A stretch of 64,000 bases of DNA from an uncultured Verrucomicrobiae bacterium (lineage in GTDB: Bacteria; Verrucomicrobiota; Verrucomicrobiia; Chthoniobacterales; JAFAMB01), in NCBI GenBank assembly GCA_963782115.1, contig CAWAIK010000001.1, positions 768,001 to 832,000 on the forward strand, in the 5' to 3' direction. Under the pieces are notes generated by a model. The model made no database searches. It saw only the letters and a program-made list of their open reading frames with translations, and had not been told where the DNA came from. Numbering within the stretch: position 1 is the first letter of the stretch; every line of letters begins with the position of its first letter. Made by a program: the position numbers and the translations under genes. Positions 53,898 to 63,929 of the stretch are shown in pieces.

Positions 53898-54685
53898 GGC
53901 CAAGCGAACGCCGGCCACGAAGTCACTGAAACTTACATTGACTTCTTCACTGCCCCGGAGAACCGCGGCAGACGGGGAGGGGCTTTTGAAATATCTACAA
54001 AATGTTCCATTTTGTCGAGAGTAGCCCGTTTTAGAGCAGAATTTTGGCTTTTGCGATCGTCGGCGATCGCAAGGATCATCAGAGAGGGGGTGGCGGAAGA
54101 TACGCCTCGACTGACCAAGGCCCGCGATAATTGGCGATGAGACCATCCGTTGGGGTCTGCATCCCGGCGATGCAGGCGATCTGGGCGAGGCAGCGGCTCA
54201 AACGATCGCGCAATTGTTCCAGTGCTTCGAAGTAGGCCTGGCGCGTGTCGCGTGGGCGATCAAAGTTTCGGAAGTAGGGATGTAGCAGAGCATTATCGCA
54301 TCGTTCTAGAATTTCCTCGTAGGTGAAAAACTGGCGGTCCAAGAAGCATCATGCTTAGTTGCCGAATCACGGGAATCCAACACGCTCGGCTATGCATCGG
54401 CTTCTGCAGCAGCGAACAAGGCGTGGAGCACGGTCTCGGCACAACTTTTTTCCACTTTGGACGCGCTACTTCTCAAGGTTCGGGACGAACAATCTGGAGA
54501 ATCGATTTCGGACTTGGGTAGCGGGAGGCCGTGCGGGCATATTGAAAAGCTTTTCATAGCTATTCCGTTACTCCCGCACGAGGAGCGTGTCCTCGCCTGA
54601 TTTCGGCCTTGGCTACATGGCGTCGGACACGCTTCGATAGCCAACGGAGAAATGCCATGAAAATAAGCGGACCGCTCTCCGAGGA

Positions 54686-55080
54686 CGTTGGTTAAATTCC
54701 AACAAAGGTACGAAAAGCGACACGGAAATTAAGCGGCAGGGCGGGTGAGCGTTTCGCGCTCTTTGTTTCTCCGGGAACTGGTTCGCCCTATCCTCTATGC
54801 CAGCGATTTACGCGCTCGAAAGCGGCCCACAGTAAGCTGAAATCCTGCAGCTTTTCGCTTCGACAAATGACCGCATCCCTGTACAGTCCTGTACGCGGTT
54901 TCGAGTACGATTTCTCCGCCGACAAGCTGCGGCATTCAGTGAGAATCAAAGCTTCCAAAATTGGCTGCTTAGATGGTGCCGATAATTGGGGGACGCCACA
55001 TAGACCTAATCCGTTGGCGAAGAAGAGGTTGGACAAATCCCCACGTCGCTTTGCGTACCTTTGTTGGAATTTAACCTACG
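54686..55080. mobile_element. 395-bp element bounded by 36-bp inverted repeats (MITE-like or invertible)
   Basis: CGTTGGTTAAATTCCAACAAAGGTACGAAAAGCGAC (54686-54721) vs reverse complement of 55045-55080; 2 mismatches. Confidence 0.8.
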
Positions 55081-55149
55081 GTACAACACGTTGCAGATCG
55101 GTTCGTTTTCCCCGGTGATTGATTTTTTCACCTGGTCGAGTAGGTGGGC

Positions 55150-55302
55150 GGGTCGATCGGAGCGCCAGCTCACGCAAGTAAGTTGAGGCGCTCAACGAGT
55201 AAGCGTCGGCCTTGACGGTGATCGCAGCTTTCTCGGCCGGCGTCACCCACACCTTGATGGCGGTCGTTTCGCGGCGGGTCTTTTCTTTTTTTTGCCGTTC
55301 AT
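55150..55302 (-). pseudogene. MobC/TraJ-like ribbon-helix-helix relaxosome protein, truncated
   Basis: RRETTAIKVWVTPAEKAAITVKADAYSLSASTYLRELAL; ATG is out of frame across an A8 run. Confidence 0.7.
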
Positions 55303-55640
55303 CCTCATTTGCCCCAGTCCTCCGGCGGCGGAAAGCCCCGCTGTTCGTCCGGGCTGATTGGCCGCGTTAGCGACGGTTCACTGGGTTCACCGTGTTCGCC
55401 CAGTTCCTTTGGTTCTTCTTTTTTTGGGGTCGTCGAGGTTTTAGCGCCGGTGGCCGCGCGTGATTTTGTGCCCGGCACTACTGGATGGTGAATAACCGGA
55501 CTGACTTTGAGGCCGTTGTGATCCTTGGATTCTGGAGGCCAAGTCAGAGCTATCCGGCCTATCTTAACTCCCGATCTTAATTCTCCGCTCTGAAGTCCGA
55601 ATTGGTAGAATTCCTTTTTGAGTTCTTAAATCCAAATACC

Positions 55641-55650
55641 CCTATCCTGT
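55641..55650 (+). other. Candidate MOBP-type oriT nic site
   Basis: CCTATCCTG|T matches the IncP YATCCTG|Y consensus; sits between divergent mob-like genes. Short motif. Confidence 0.35.
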
Positions 55651-55955
55651 TCTTGTTCTAGCGTAGGCCCTAGCGGTACCACATATTACCACTACTCACC
55701 TTTTGCTCTTGCCGATAGTGATAATAAGTAGAAATATGTGGCTCCTGGCCCGATATGTCGTTTCATGGGTCGGATCAAGCGTCGTCCCTATCCACTCGGA
55801 GCCGAGCCACTGACTGAGCCGACGCCTCCCTCCGGTAAAACCTGGAAACAATCCCCAGGAAGGACCGAGCCGCATCCTCGAGAGAATCAGGGAACGGGCC
55901 AAAACCACGGGACAATCTGACCCCGAGCCCGAGGACCCTGCATGGAGTCAGCGCT

Positions 55956-56735
55956 TTGAGCCTGAGAAACTTTAGCGCTCAAGCAAACAACGCCAAAAAA
56001 CGAGTAACAAATCCAATAATCAAAAAGAATTGTCATGTCGATGGGGGAAAAGGTGGTGGTGGTAAGAGCACCCTCATGACGTCCCTGGTCGATTTTTTTC
56101 ATGCCGAAAACTGTCCGGTAACGCTTATTGACTGCGACACCGAAAACAAGGTGCACGGGTCCTTTTCCTATTTCTTTAAAGAGGCGCTCAAGGTAGACAT
56201 CACCACTCCTTCTGGGTTTGATGAATTTGTCGAAAAGGTATTATGCGACAACGCGCCCATGGTGCTGGCCGACCTTGGAGCGGGATCCGGGAAATTCACG
56301 TTCAAGTCGTTTGATGACATGCACGACCCACTGCAAGAGGCCGGCGTGCGCTTTTTGGCCATCGGGGTTGTCACCAGCGAAGTAGCCACGACGGAGACCA
56401 TCTTTAATTGGGCGAACGCTCTCAAATCACGCACGGACTACCTGATTGTGCGCAATCATCGCAACGGTGATGATTTCAGCGCTCTGGAAAGCAGCGAGCC
56501 CGGACAGCGGTTCCTAAAGGTGTCTAAGTCCCCGGTGATCGATATGGAGGCCAGACTTGACGACATCCAAAGACACTTGGACAAGCGAGGATTAAGCTTA
56601 CGCCAAGCGCTTGAGGCTCCTTCCGAAATCGCCGGCCCCTTTCTTTCAAGAGCGGTGTCCAAGATCAGGATGCGCGGATACCTCACCCGGATGAACGCGC
56701 AATTCCGACGCGTGGTAGACACGCTACTGCCATGA
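55956..56735 (+). CDS. ParA/MinD-like P-loop protein (TraL/MobD-like); 5' end frameshifted
   Basis: GKGGGGKST deviant Walker A, LIDCDTEN, ADLGAG; KRIVMSMG lies in another frame. Confidence 0.7.
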   Translation: MSLRNFSAQANNAKKRVTNPIIKKNCHVDGGKGGGGKSTLMTSLVDFFHAENCPVTLIDCDTENKVHGSFSYFFKEALKVDITTPSGFDEFVEKVLCDNAPMVLADLGAGSGKFTFKSFDDMHDPLQEAGVRFLAIGVVTSEVATTETIFNWANALKSRTDYLIVRNHRNGDDFSALESSEPGQRFLKVSKSPVIDMEARLDDIQRHLDKRGLSLRQALEAPSEIAGPFLSRAVSKIRMRGYLTRMNAQFRRVVDTLLP

Positions 56736-57250
56736 GCGCTGACCCGACCAACGGCCAAAGCAATATCGACGTCATCCTGAAGGCGATGGCGCCGGATCGG
56801 CGGGAAGCATTCCTGAGGTCTCGAAATCGTCTGAAGCAATTCAACGAAAACGACGAGATCCTGGCCTTGGCGCATTATCTGGACACAGTGGTGGTTATGG
56901 TTGACGGCTTGACCAAGAACGTGGCGACGGCTATGACCGCACACACCGAGCTCGATGGCGAACTTGACCGCTCAACTCAAACGCGTAGTGGCCGAACTGC
57001 CGTCGCATGCGAATACGTTAACGCCAAAAACAATAAGGCGCTGGCTCGCATGCTGGGCTGCGTCAATTCTGCCCGTTGCGCCGGCCGCTTTTTTCTGGGG
57101 CTGGATATCGGCCCAACGCGAACAATCTAATCGCTTGGCAGCCACTCTAGTCGAGGCTCCGCAGATAGGCCCCTGGGTAGCGGCCCAGGGTGGGTGGGCG
57201 ACGTTCCATCCCACGAAAGACGAAAAGGGGAATCTTTTTCCACACACTGG
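56732..57250 (+). pseudogene. TraM/MobE-like membrane protein, frameshifted
   Basis: ATGA-coupled to the P-loop gene; NENDEILAL motif; hydrophobic segment in the second frame. Confidence 0.4.
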
Positions 57251-57624
57251 TTATCCACCTTCCCGGGTTGCAACGCACCAATGTAGGACCCAACGACACC
57301 GGCGATGGGTTTATGAATTTCCCAGACTAAAAAGCTTATGCGAATTGAGCGCTGAGGACGTGCAAGCGTGGTCTGGATCTCGGGCAAGGATCCGAAGTAG
57401 CCGAAAATGATGAGCGCGTGCGCTGCCTTTCGAAGAAGGTCCCGACAATGTTCAGATAAGAGATATCCACGTGCCAGTGCGTGGGGATCAAAAGAGATTA
57501 GTGCGATGCTGTTCATTTAGTGGGCAAGTCCCTTTTTGTATCGTACGAAACAAAAAGACCGGGTCCGCGTGCTCATCTGAAATCTTCTTTTTTGGCGTGT
57601 CAGTTCTTTTTTACTGAAATGCCG

Positions 57625-57906
57625 TCACAAGCCAAGCTCGCTGTGCGAGCCGAGGCGGACAAGCTCAAGGCTCGTCTCGTCCGGCTTGCGGTAAATGAGG
57701 ATGAGGTCGGGCCTGATGTGGCAATCGCGGTGATCGCTCCACTCGCCGCTGAGCTGGTGATCGAAATACCGCCGTGGCAACGGCTCGTCCTTCGCTAGCA
57801 TCGTCACGGTGTCCAGCAACTCGGCGTCCAGACGCTTGCTGTGCCGTCCCGATTTCTCCCGCCTCTAGTCACGCCGAAAGCGGCTGGTGTGTTTAACAGT
57901 CCGCAT
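57625..57906 (-). pseudogene. yafQ: YafQ-family toxin with a premature TAG at codon 14
   Basis: MRTVKHTSRFRRD*RR...DHQLSGEWSDHRDCHIRPDLILIY...RLGSHSEL. Confidence 0.85.
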
Positions 57907-58156
57907 TCAGGCTCGCGCGCAGCTTACTCGGCGGCCCCACGGTCGTTAGCTCGCCACGACGCGCGGCCTTCATCGCCTCGATGGTTTCCTCATTCGGTAC
58001 CAGCGGCTCGAACGGCAGCTTTTTCTCCTTGGCGATCTTAACCATCATCAGGCGGAAGGCATCCGACACGGTGAGGCCCATCGCCTTCAGCACGGCGGCG
58101 GCCTCGGCCTTGACATGCTCGTCGATGCGCGCGCGCACGACAGAATTGGTGCTCAT
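57893..58156 (-). CDS. dinJ: DinJ/RelB antitoxin
   Basis: VVRARIDE..K..A..VL..MGLTVSDAFR...LPF...PNEETIEAM. Confidence 0.9.
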   Translation of the reverse strand: MSTNSVVRARIDEHVKAEAAAVLKAMGLTVSDAFRLMMVKIAKEKKLPFEPLVPNEETIEAMKAARRGELTTVGPPSKLRASLNADC

Positions 58157-58745
58157 TGGGTTAATCCTCCTTGAGCTACAATGTAGCACACGATATGGTA
58201 AATTCAAGGTCCCACTCAAACCGCAACCATCCCATTTGTTAGCAATCTTAAGGGTTTAGACACATCTTTTGCTTTGGGCCCAGCGGTTGTAACAGGGGGC
58301 GACGGCCCAACAGTCGTAATCAGAACACGGAAGGTGCTTGTCGGGCCTTTTGGGGTGTGGCGTGGATTTTAAGGCTCTGTTCCCTCCCTCCAGAATTGTT
58401 CGTCGAAGCGTGTCGATTTCGGCCATGAGGTGGCGGCGATCCCCATTGGGGGACCAATGGGGCAGGGGAAGCCAGATAGCGGGTGTTTGTGAAATAAAGG
58501 CGGTGGTCGCAGCGTGTTTCGTGTTGGCGGCTTGTTCCGTAAACCGCGCTTCGGCCAGTGTTCCTATTTTTTGGTAGTGGTCCCCTCTTCCCTGCCCTTT
58601 TTCGCGCCCACTGAAAATTTCCTTGTTCAAATACTTACTTCCACAAGCAAACTTTGCGCGCCCCTTGGCGCGCTCCGGCTTTTGTAGACTTCTGAGGCTT
58701 TGCCTCAGACACTTTTAGCCGCGTAGCAAAGCGAAGCAGCCCGTT

Positions 58746-58782
58746 GGATTAAAGAGGATTAAAGAGGATTTAAAGAGGATTA
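58746..58782. repeat. 10-bp tandem repeats (GGATTAAAGA, about 3.5 copies)
   Basis: Read directly from the sequence. Confidence 0.8.
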
Positions 58783-58843
58783 GGGGGGCTTTGGCCGTTC
58801 CTGTTAACTACCTGATAATAAGCACTTTATGTGTGGTTTTTTG

Positions 58844-58893
58844 GGGTCTTTTGGGCGTTCAAATACGGGTCTTTTGGGCGTTCAAATACGGGC
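58844..58893. repeat. Two perfect 23-bp direct repeats, iteron-like
   Basis: GGGTCTTTTGGGCGTTCAAATAC x2 immediately after the stop of the Rep-like fragment. Confidence 0.8.
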
Positions 58894-58899
58894 TTTTTT

Positions 58900-59135
58900 T
58901 TAGGACTTGAGAAAACCGGGGATGAGATCGCCGACCGGGGTTAAACCCTTTTTCCCGCGCTTCGATTGCCGCTTGGGCTTTTCGGTGGCGGTCTTCGTGA
59001 TGAGGTGTCGTGCCTGTGACGCGCTGGGGGGGCGGGTCACTGTGATTAAATCATCTTCCCATGATGCTTGCCAGCCCAAGACGTTTTTGAGCGTTGCGAG
59101 TGCTTTTCTAAGGTCTTTTCGGTATTCGGTTAGCG
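58900..59135 (-). pseudogene. C-terminal fragment of a TrfA-like plasmid replication initiator
   Basis: LTEYRKDLRKALATLKNVLGWQASWEDDLITVTRPPSASQARHL...FLKS*; not in the ORF track; recalled similarity to TrfA C-termini. Confidence 0.55.
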
Positions 59136-59205
59136 CTTGGAGCGGAGCTGCGCGGGCGAGTGCGTCGATGAAACTGGTAGCCCGCTGGACGCAGGTCGCT
59201 GCTAG

Positions 59206-60722
59206 CCCAACTTTCGCATTTTCCGCGAATGTGAGCGGCGCCTTCCCTGTGGAGCGCCCGGAAAAAGGAGCTCAGTTTGTCCACACATTTTCAAGATCGG
59301 TGCTGTAAATCTTCGGGGGAGGTTGCTGTGGCAGGGGCCAGTTGAGTTGATGGATAAGGGCGGCCTGGGCGGCTTCGGGTTGAGTGACCCGTTCCAGGCA
59401 GATGCAGCCGCTGGCTCGCAACTTGAACCAGACTTCGACCAGTTGGATCCGGCCAAATTGGTCAAGCAACTGCCACGGGGTCAAGGAGGGGGCACTGGCC
59501 TTGAGTTTATGTTTCAGACACACCCACAGACAGTATCCCAGGAAAGCGACCATGAGGTGAGCTTCGATCCGCTTTGGGGTGAAGTGCCAAATGGGCCGGA
59601 TGGCAAGATCGCTTTTGAGGGCACGGAAAACGGCTTCGACTTCGGTTAGCTGGATGTATTGGGTCCAAAGTCTAGCCGGATCGCTTCCCTCGAGGTTGGT
59701 GCGCAACAAGTAAGCTCCGTCGCGACTTGCGGCCAGTCGTAGGGCGTGGCGATCCCATTGCCAGCTTAGTCGCAGCTCTTGGAGCTCATTTTTGACATAG
59801 CGCCAAGCTTGCTGATAACGCTCTTTGAGTCGGCCCAAGTGCAGAAGCACTTTGGCGGGGTCTTTGAGCCGCCCGTGACGAAGGAGTCGTCGCAGCCGAA
59901 TCAGATCGCGCATCAAGCCACGCACAACTCGGGAGCGCATTGCGCTTTCTTTCTGTGCGCGGGTTCGACTACGGGCCAGCACATAGGTCTCATTATTATC
60001 CTGGGCGATGAGTTGGACTTGGACTTCAGCAGTAATTGACTGCCAGTCACCCTCCAGCAATCGGCGCTCATGAACTTTGAGTTGGGCTCGGGGCGTGCCC
60101 ACCAGGTAACTTGCCCCGCGCTCTCGCAGCCTTTGGAGATTGTCTTCGCTGACAATACCACGGTCAAAGATCCACACCCGACGGGCACGGCCGTGTTTGC
60201 GCTCCACCGCATCGAGTATCTCCTCCAGCGTGGTCACATCAGCCCGGTTGCCCTCAAAGACTTCGTAGGAAAGCGGAAAACCTTCCGGAGTCACCACCAG
60301 CGCCAGAATGAGTTGTTTGCAGTCGGACCGCTGATCGCGCGAGTGGCCATAGCGGGCTTTATCGACCTCTTCGACTTCGCCTTCAAAGTAGGTGCTCGTC
60401 AGATCGTAAAGTAAAACATCGAAGCTGGCACCGAAGAGATCTTTCCAGCGCCCAGCCAGATGTAGTTCCAAGGCTTCCTTGTGCTCGACTACCCGGTCCA
60501 GCGCGCGATAAAGCCGATCCTTTTCAGCCGTCACCGCCACCTCTCCGTGCCGATCACTGAAGAGTCGCATCTGATGACGCCGCCCATCTTCTTGGACCAC
60601 TTCGATCGTTCGCTGCCAGCGCTCAAGCTGGGTGGTGTTCAGTTCACCCAAATGCAGCACCTGCCGCTGTAAGACCCGCTTGCGGCTTACCCGCAGGCTC
60701 TCACAGAGCGAATAATAAATAT
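59206..60722 (-). mobile_element. IS1634-family transposase remnant, internally deleted
   Basis: LYDLTSTYFEG, YGHSRD, FDRG, YIQLTEVEAVFR..K.DLAIRPIWH. End-like CCCAACTTTCGCA next to CTAG at 59202-59205. Confidence 0.85.
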
Positions 60723-60880
60723 GAGCCTTGGCCGCTAGCTCGGCCGTCTCGGCGTTGTAGATCTTTTTGAGTTCAGCGGCCACTCGCTTTCGTTCTTTCC
60801 AATTACAAAAGGAGAGCGAATTACGAATCAAATGGACGATGCAGGTCTGGATCTCAGAGTCCGGATAAACCGCCCTAAAG
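60723..60880 (-). mobile_element. IS256-family transposase fragment
   Basis: AVYPDSEIQTCIVHLIRNSL...WKERKRVAAELKKIYNA. Confidence 0.8.
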
Positions 60881-61058
60881 CGCCGAGTTCTTACCATTCG
60901 TACTCCGTTCGAGCATTGGTGCTTCCCCCGCCGGTCACTCCATCACTCCATCACTCCAACCTGAATAATGTTTACTAAATTGCTTGGTTCGGTTATATGG
61001 CTCGTCGGTCGAGCTTGATAAACAAGTATCGGATCCTTCGTTGGAAAGAAGACCCCCC

Positions 61059-62018
61059 ATGTTCAAGAAATTAAGTTCCTTTGCGCTGATGCTCAGCGCC
61101 GTCATCGCGATTCACGCTCCTGGCGTGATCTCGGCTGAAGATGCGAAACCGATTTATTATTGGGTTTCGCACGGATCTCCGACAGACCCAGTTTGGACCT
61201 ACTTCCTGCAGGGAGCGGAGCAATGGGCCAAGGATACAGGGCACGAAGTTCGCACTTCCTTTCACAGTGGCGACGTTCCGTCGCAGCAGGAAGCTGTGCG
61301 TGCGGCGATCACCGCCAAGGCAAGAGGGATTGTCACCAGCACACCTGATCCCGGAAGTCTGACGACAGTCATCGCCGAGGCGCATGCTGCTGGAATTCCG
61401 GTCATGATCATGAACACCGAAGACAAAACCAGCGGCCGTGATGCGTACGTTGGCGGCGACAATGTGGCGATCGGCCACCGTTGGGCGCAGTATCTGGTCG
61501 ACCACGGCTTCGTGAAGAAGGGCGATGTGGTCTGGACCCCTGTGGAGGTTCCTGGCGCAACCTACGGCGTGCTTGAGACGCAGGGGATTGACAGCGTATT
61601 TGGACCCCTTGCGGTCACCCACGAAATCACCGAAACCAAACTCGATCAGGCTGAAATCATCACCCGCATGTCCGATTACCTGACTGCCAACAGGGGCAAA
61701 ATCAAAGCAATCATCGGGCTCGGTGACCTTGTAACCGGAAGCATCAAGCGTGTGTTCGACCAGGTCGGCATCAAAGCCGGTGAAATTCCGGTAGTCGGTT
61801 GGGGCAATTCGCCCGACACGGCTCAGGAAGTTCTGGATGGCTATGTCAATGCCGCCATGTGGCAGGATCCGCAGGCGACCAGTTATGTCGCGCTCTCGCT
61901 CGCGGCGATGGCAGCGAGCGGTATTCCTCCGGGATTCGACGTCAACGTCGGAACTCTGTACGAAAAAAATAAAGCTGCGACTTACCTTAAGATTATGCAG
62001 GGCACCTCACATAAGTAA
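61059..62018 (+). CDS. Sugar ABC transporter substrate-binding protein
   Basis: Signal peptide; DPVW, AGIPV, YVGGDN, WQDP. Confidence 0.9.
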   Translation: MFKKLSSFALMLSAVIAIHAPGVISAEDAKPIYYWVSHGSPTDPVWTYFLQGAEQWAKDTGHEVRTSFHSGDVPSQQEAVRAAITAKARGIVTSTPDPGSLTTVIAEAHAAGIPVMIMNTEDKTSGRDAYVGGDNVAIGHRWAQYLVDHGFVKKGDVVWTPVEVPGATYGVLETQGIDSVFGPLAVTHEITETKLDQAEIITRMSDYLTANRGKIKAIIGLGDLVTGSIKRVFDQVGIKAGEIPVVGWGNSPDTAQEVLDGYVNAAMWQDPQATSYVALSLAAMAASGIPPGFDVNVGTLYEKNKAATYLKIMQGTSHK

Positions 62019-62028
62019 ACAGTAACGT

Positions 62029-62083
62029 GTCGTTTCGGGCCTGGCTCCGGCCCGAAACGACGGGCCCGCCTGCCTGTTTTTTT
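62029..62083 (+). terminator. Intergenic 13-bp hairpin with a downstream T-run after the binding-protein gene
   Basis: GTCGTTTCGGGCC-7 nt-GGCCCGAAACGAC; T7 about 15 nt later. Confidence 0.6.
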
Positions 62084-62196
62084 CCTGGATCCGCATCCGA
62101 ACTCAATCATTCGGACCGGGCGCTTCGCATGAGCCTTGATAAACAGCCGCGCCACTGCCAACGTTTCCGTCCATTCCCCCATCTCCGGCGCACCAG

Positions 62197-63180
62197 ATGC
62201 GATTGACCGCATTGCTCCAAAGGATTGTCTCCGCACCTGAGTTCGGGCCGCTTGTTTTGCTGGCAGGCGAAATTCTCGTTTTTACCGTGCGATCGCCGGC
62301 CTTCCTTTCGGCGAGCAACATCAGCAATCTGCTGGCCTTCACTCCCGAGCTCGGCATGATCACTTTGGGAATGACGCTGCTGATGACCGCTGGCGAATTT
62401 GATCTGTCGGTGGGTTCAGTCTTTGGCTTCGCGCCGATCATGATGTGGACGTTCTACAATGCTCACATCGGATCCTTGGAAGTTGGCTTCCTGATCGCCA
62501 TGGGAATTGCTGCTTTGATCGGTTTCATCAACGGATGGATGGTTACCTACCTCAAAATTCCTTCGTTCCTGGTGACGCTCGGAATGCAGTTTGTCGTCCG
62601 AGGAACCGCGCTGTACATCACCGATGGGTTCCCTCAACATACCTGGACTGCCAACTCCATCCTGATGAACCTCATCGTCGGACAATTTGCCGTCGGCGCG
62701 TTCCGGATCTACGCGTCGCTTCTCTGGTTCATCCTGTTCGCGGCGATCCTTGGTTATGTGCTGACGGAGTCTAAGGCAGGCAATTGGATTCAGGCCGCGG
62801 GCGGTAACGAGTACGCGGCTCGCGCGCGTGGAGTGCGTGTCACGCAAACGAAGATATTGCTCTTCATCCTGACGGCGGTCATCTCCGCCTACGCCGGCGT
62901 CACCAGCTCGATACGGGTCTCCGCGGCTAACCCAAACAGCGGCACCGGCTACGAATTGGAGGTGATCGCAATGGTGGTCATCGGTGGCACAGCACTCACG
63001 GGCGGGCGGGGCACAATCATTGGGACGATTATCGGCGTGCTGATTTTGCGCATGATGCGGAACGGCATTGTCCTGGTTGGCGTACCGGGTCTTGCCTACA
63101 ATATTTTTATCGGCGCGATCATCCTCGGGATGATGGCGCTCCACTCCTGGCTTGAACGCAGACACCGCGCGGGGACTTGA
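62197..63180 (+). CDS. Sugar ABC permease
   Basis: GEFDLSVG, IPSFLVTLG, VIGGTALTGGRG. Confidence 0.92.
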   Translation: MRLTALLQRIVSAPEFGPLVLLAGEILVFTVRSPAFLSASNISNLLAFTPELGMITLGMTLLMTAGEFDLSVGSVFGFAPIMMWTFYNAHIGSLEVGFLIAMGIAALIGFINGWMVTYLKIPSFLVTLGMQFVVRGTALYITDGFPQHTWTANSILMNLIVGQFAVGAFRIYASLLWFILFAAILGYVLTESKAGNWIQAAGGNEYAARARGVRVTQTKILLFILTAVISAYAGVTSSIRVSAANPNSGTGYELEVIAMVVIGGTALTGGRGTIIGTIIGVLILRMMRNGIVLVGVPGLAYNIFIGAIILGMMALHSWLERRHRAGT

Positions 63181-63185
63181 CCAAA

Positions 63186-63929
63186 ATGGCAGAAGAACTC
63201 GTGCGCATGGAGCGCATCAACAAGTACTTTGGTCGTGTGCAGGCGCTCAATGACGTCACGGTTTCCGTTCGCAAAAATGAAATCGTCGGGTTGCTGGGCG
63301 ACAATGGCGCAGGCAAGTCAACCCTGATCAAGATCCTATCAGGCGCTCTCAGGCCGGATAGCGGAGAGATCTTCATGCATGGCGCCAAAGTGAAGATGCG
63401 TAATACGACCGACGCCATCGCCCGGGGTATCGAGACGATCTATCAAGACTCGGCGTTAGTGGTCCAGCTCTCGATTGCTCGAAATCTGTTTCTTGGACGA
63501 GAACCGGTTAAAGGGCCGCGTCTCCTCGATTGCCTGGATCAGGGAGCGATGAACGAGGCGGCTCGCCAGTTGCTTAAGCAGGTTGGCATCACGAAAGATA
63601 TTCCACCGACAACCCCAATCAGCGCGTTATCCGGCGGCGAGCGCCAAGCGGTCGCCATTGCCAGGGCGATGCACTTCGAGAGTGAACTGATCATCCTCGA
63701 TGAACCGACGAACAATCTCGGTGTGGAAGAGACCCAGGGAGTCCTGCGCTTCGTCCGCAACGCGCGGGATTCGGGGCATTCGTGCATTTTTATCGCCCAT
63801 AATATCTACCATGTGTTTCAAGTCGTTGACCGCATTGTCGTCATGCGGCGCGGCAAGAAGGTCGCGGACGATATCGATCCGAAACAGACAACCATCGAAG
63901 GCGTTGAACGCATTATTACCGGGATGTGA
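63186..63929 (+). CDS. Sugar ABC ATP-binding protein (single NBD)
   Basis: [21 protein letters not shown]. Confidence 0.93.
   Translation: MAEELVRMERINKYFGRVQALNDVTVSVRKNEIVGLLGDNGAGKSTLIKILSGALRPDSGEIFMHGAKVKMRNTTDAIARGIETIYQDSALVVQLSIARNLFLGREPVKGPRLLDCLDQGAMNEAARQLLKQVGITKDIPPTTPISALSGGERQAVAIARAMHFESELIILDEPTNNLGVEETQGVLRFVRNARDSGHSCIFIAHNIYHVFQVVDRIVVMRRGKKVADDIDPKQTTIEGVERIITGM

Noticed and set aside
54079..54342. 87-aa minus-strand ORF
   Set aside because: It looks like a real C-terminal fragment, but I cannot assign a family or a start.
54686..54721. dif/pdif XerCD site
   Set aside because: GTTAAAT and TTTCGTA resemble Xer arms but are not in the 11-6-11 dif arrangement or orientation.
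60936..60960. CACTCCAT x3 microrepeat
   Set aside because: Too short and without a clear inverted partner; probably a leftover arm of a REP-like repeat.
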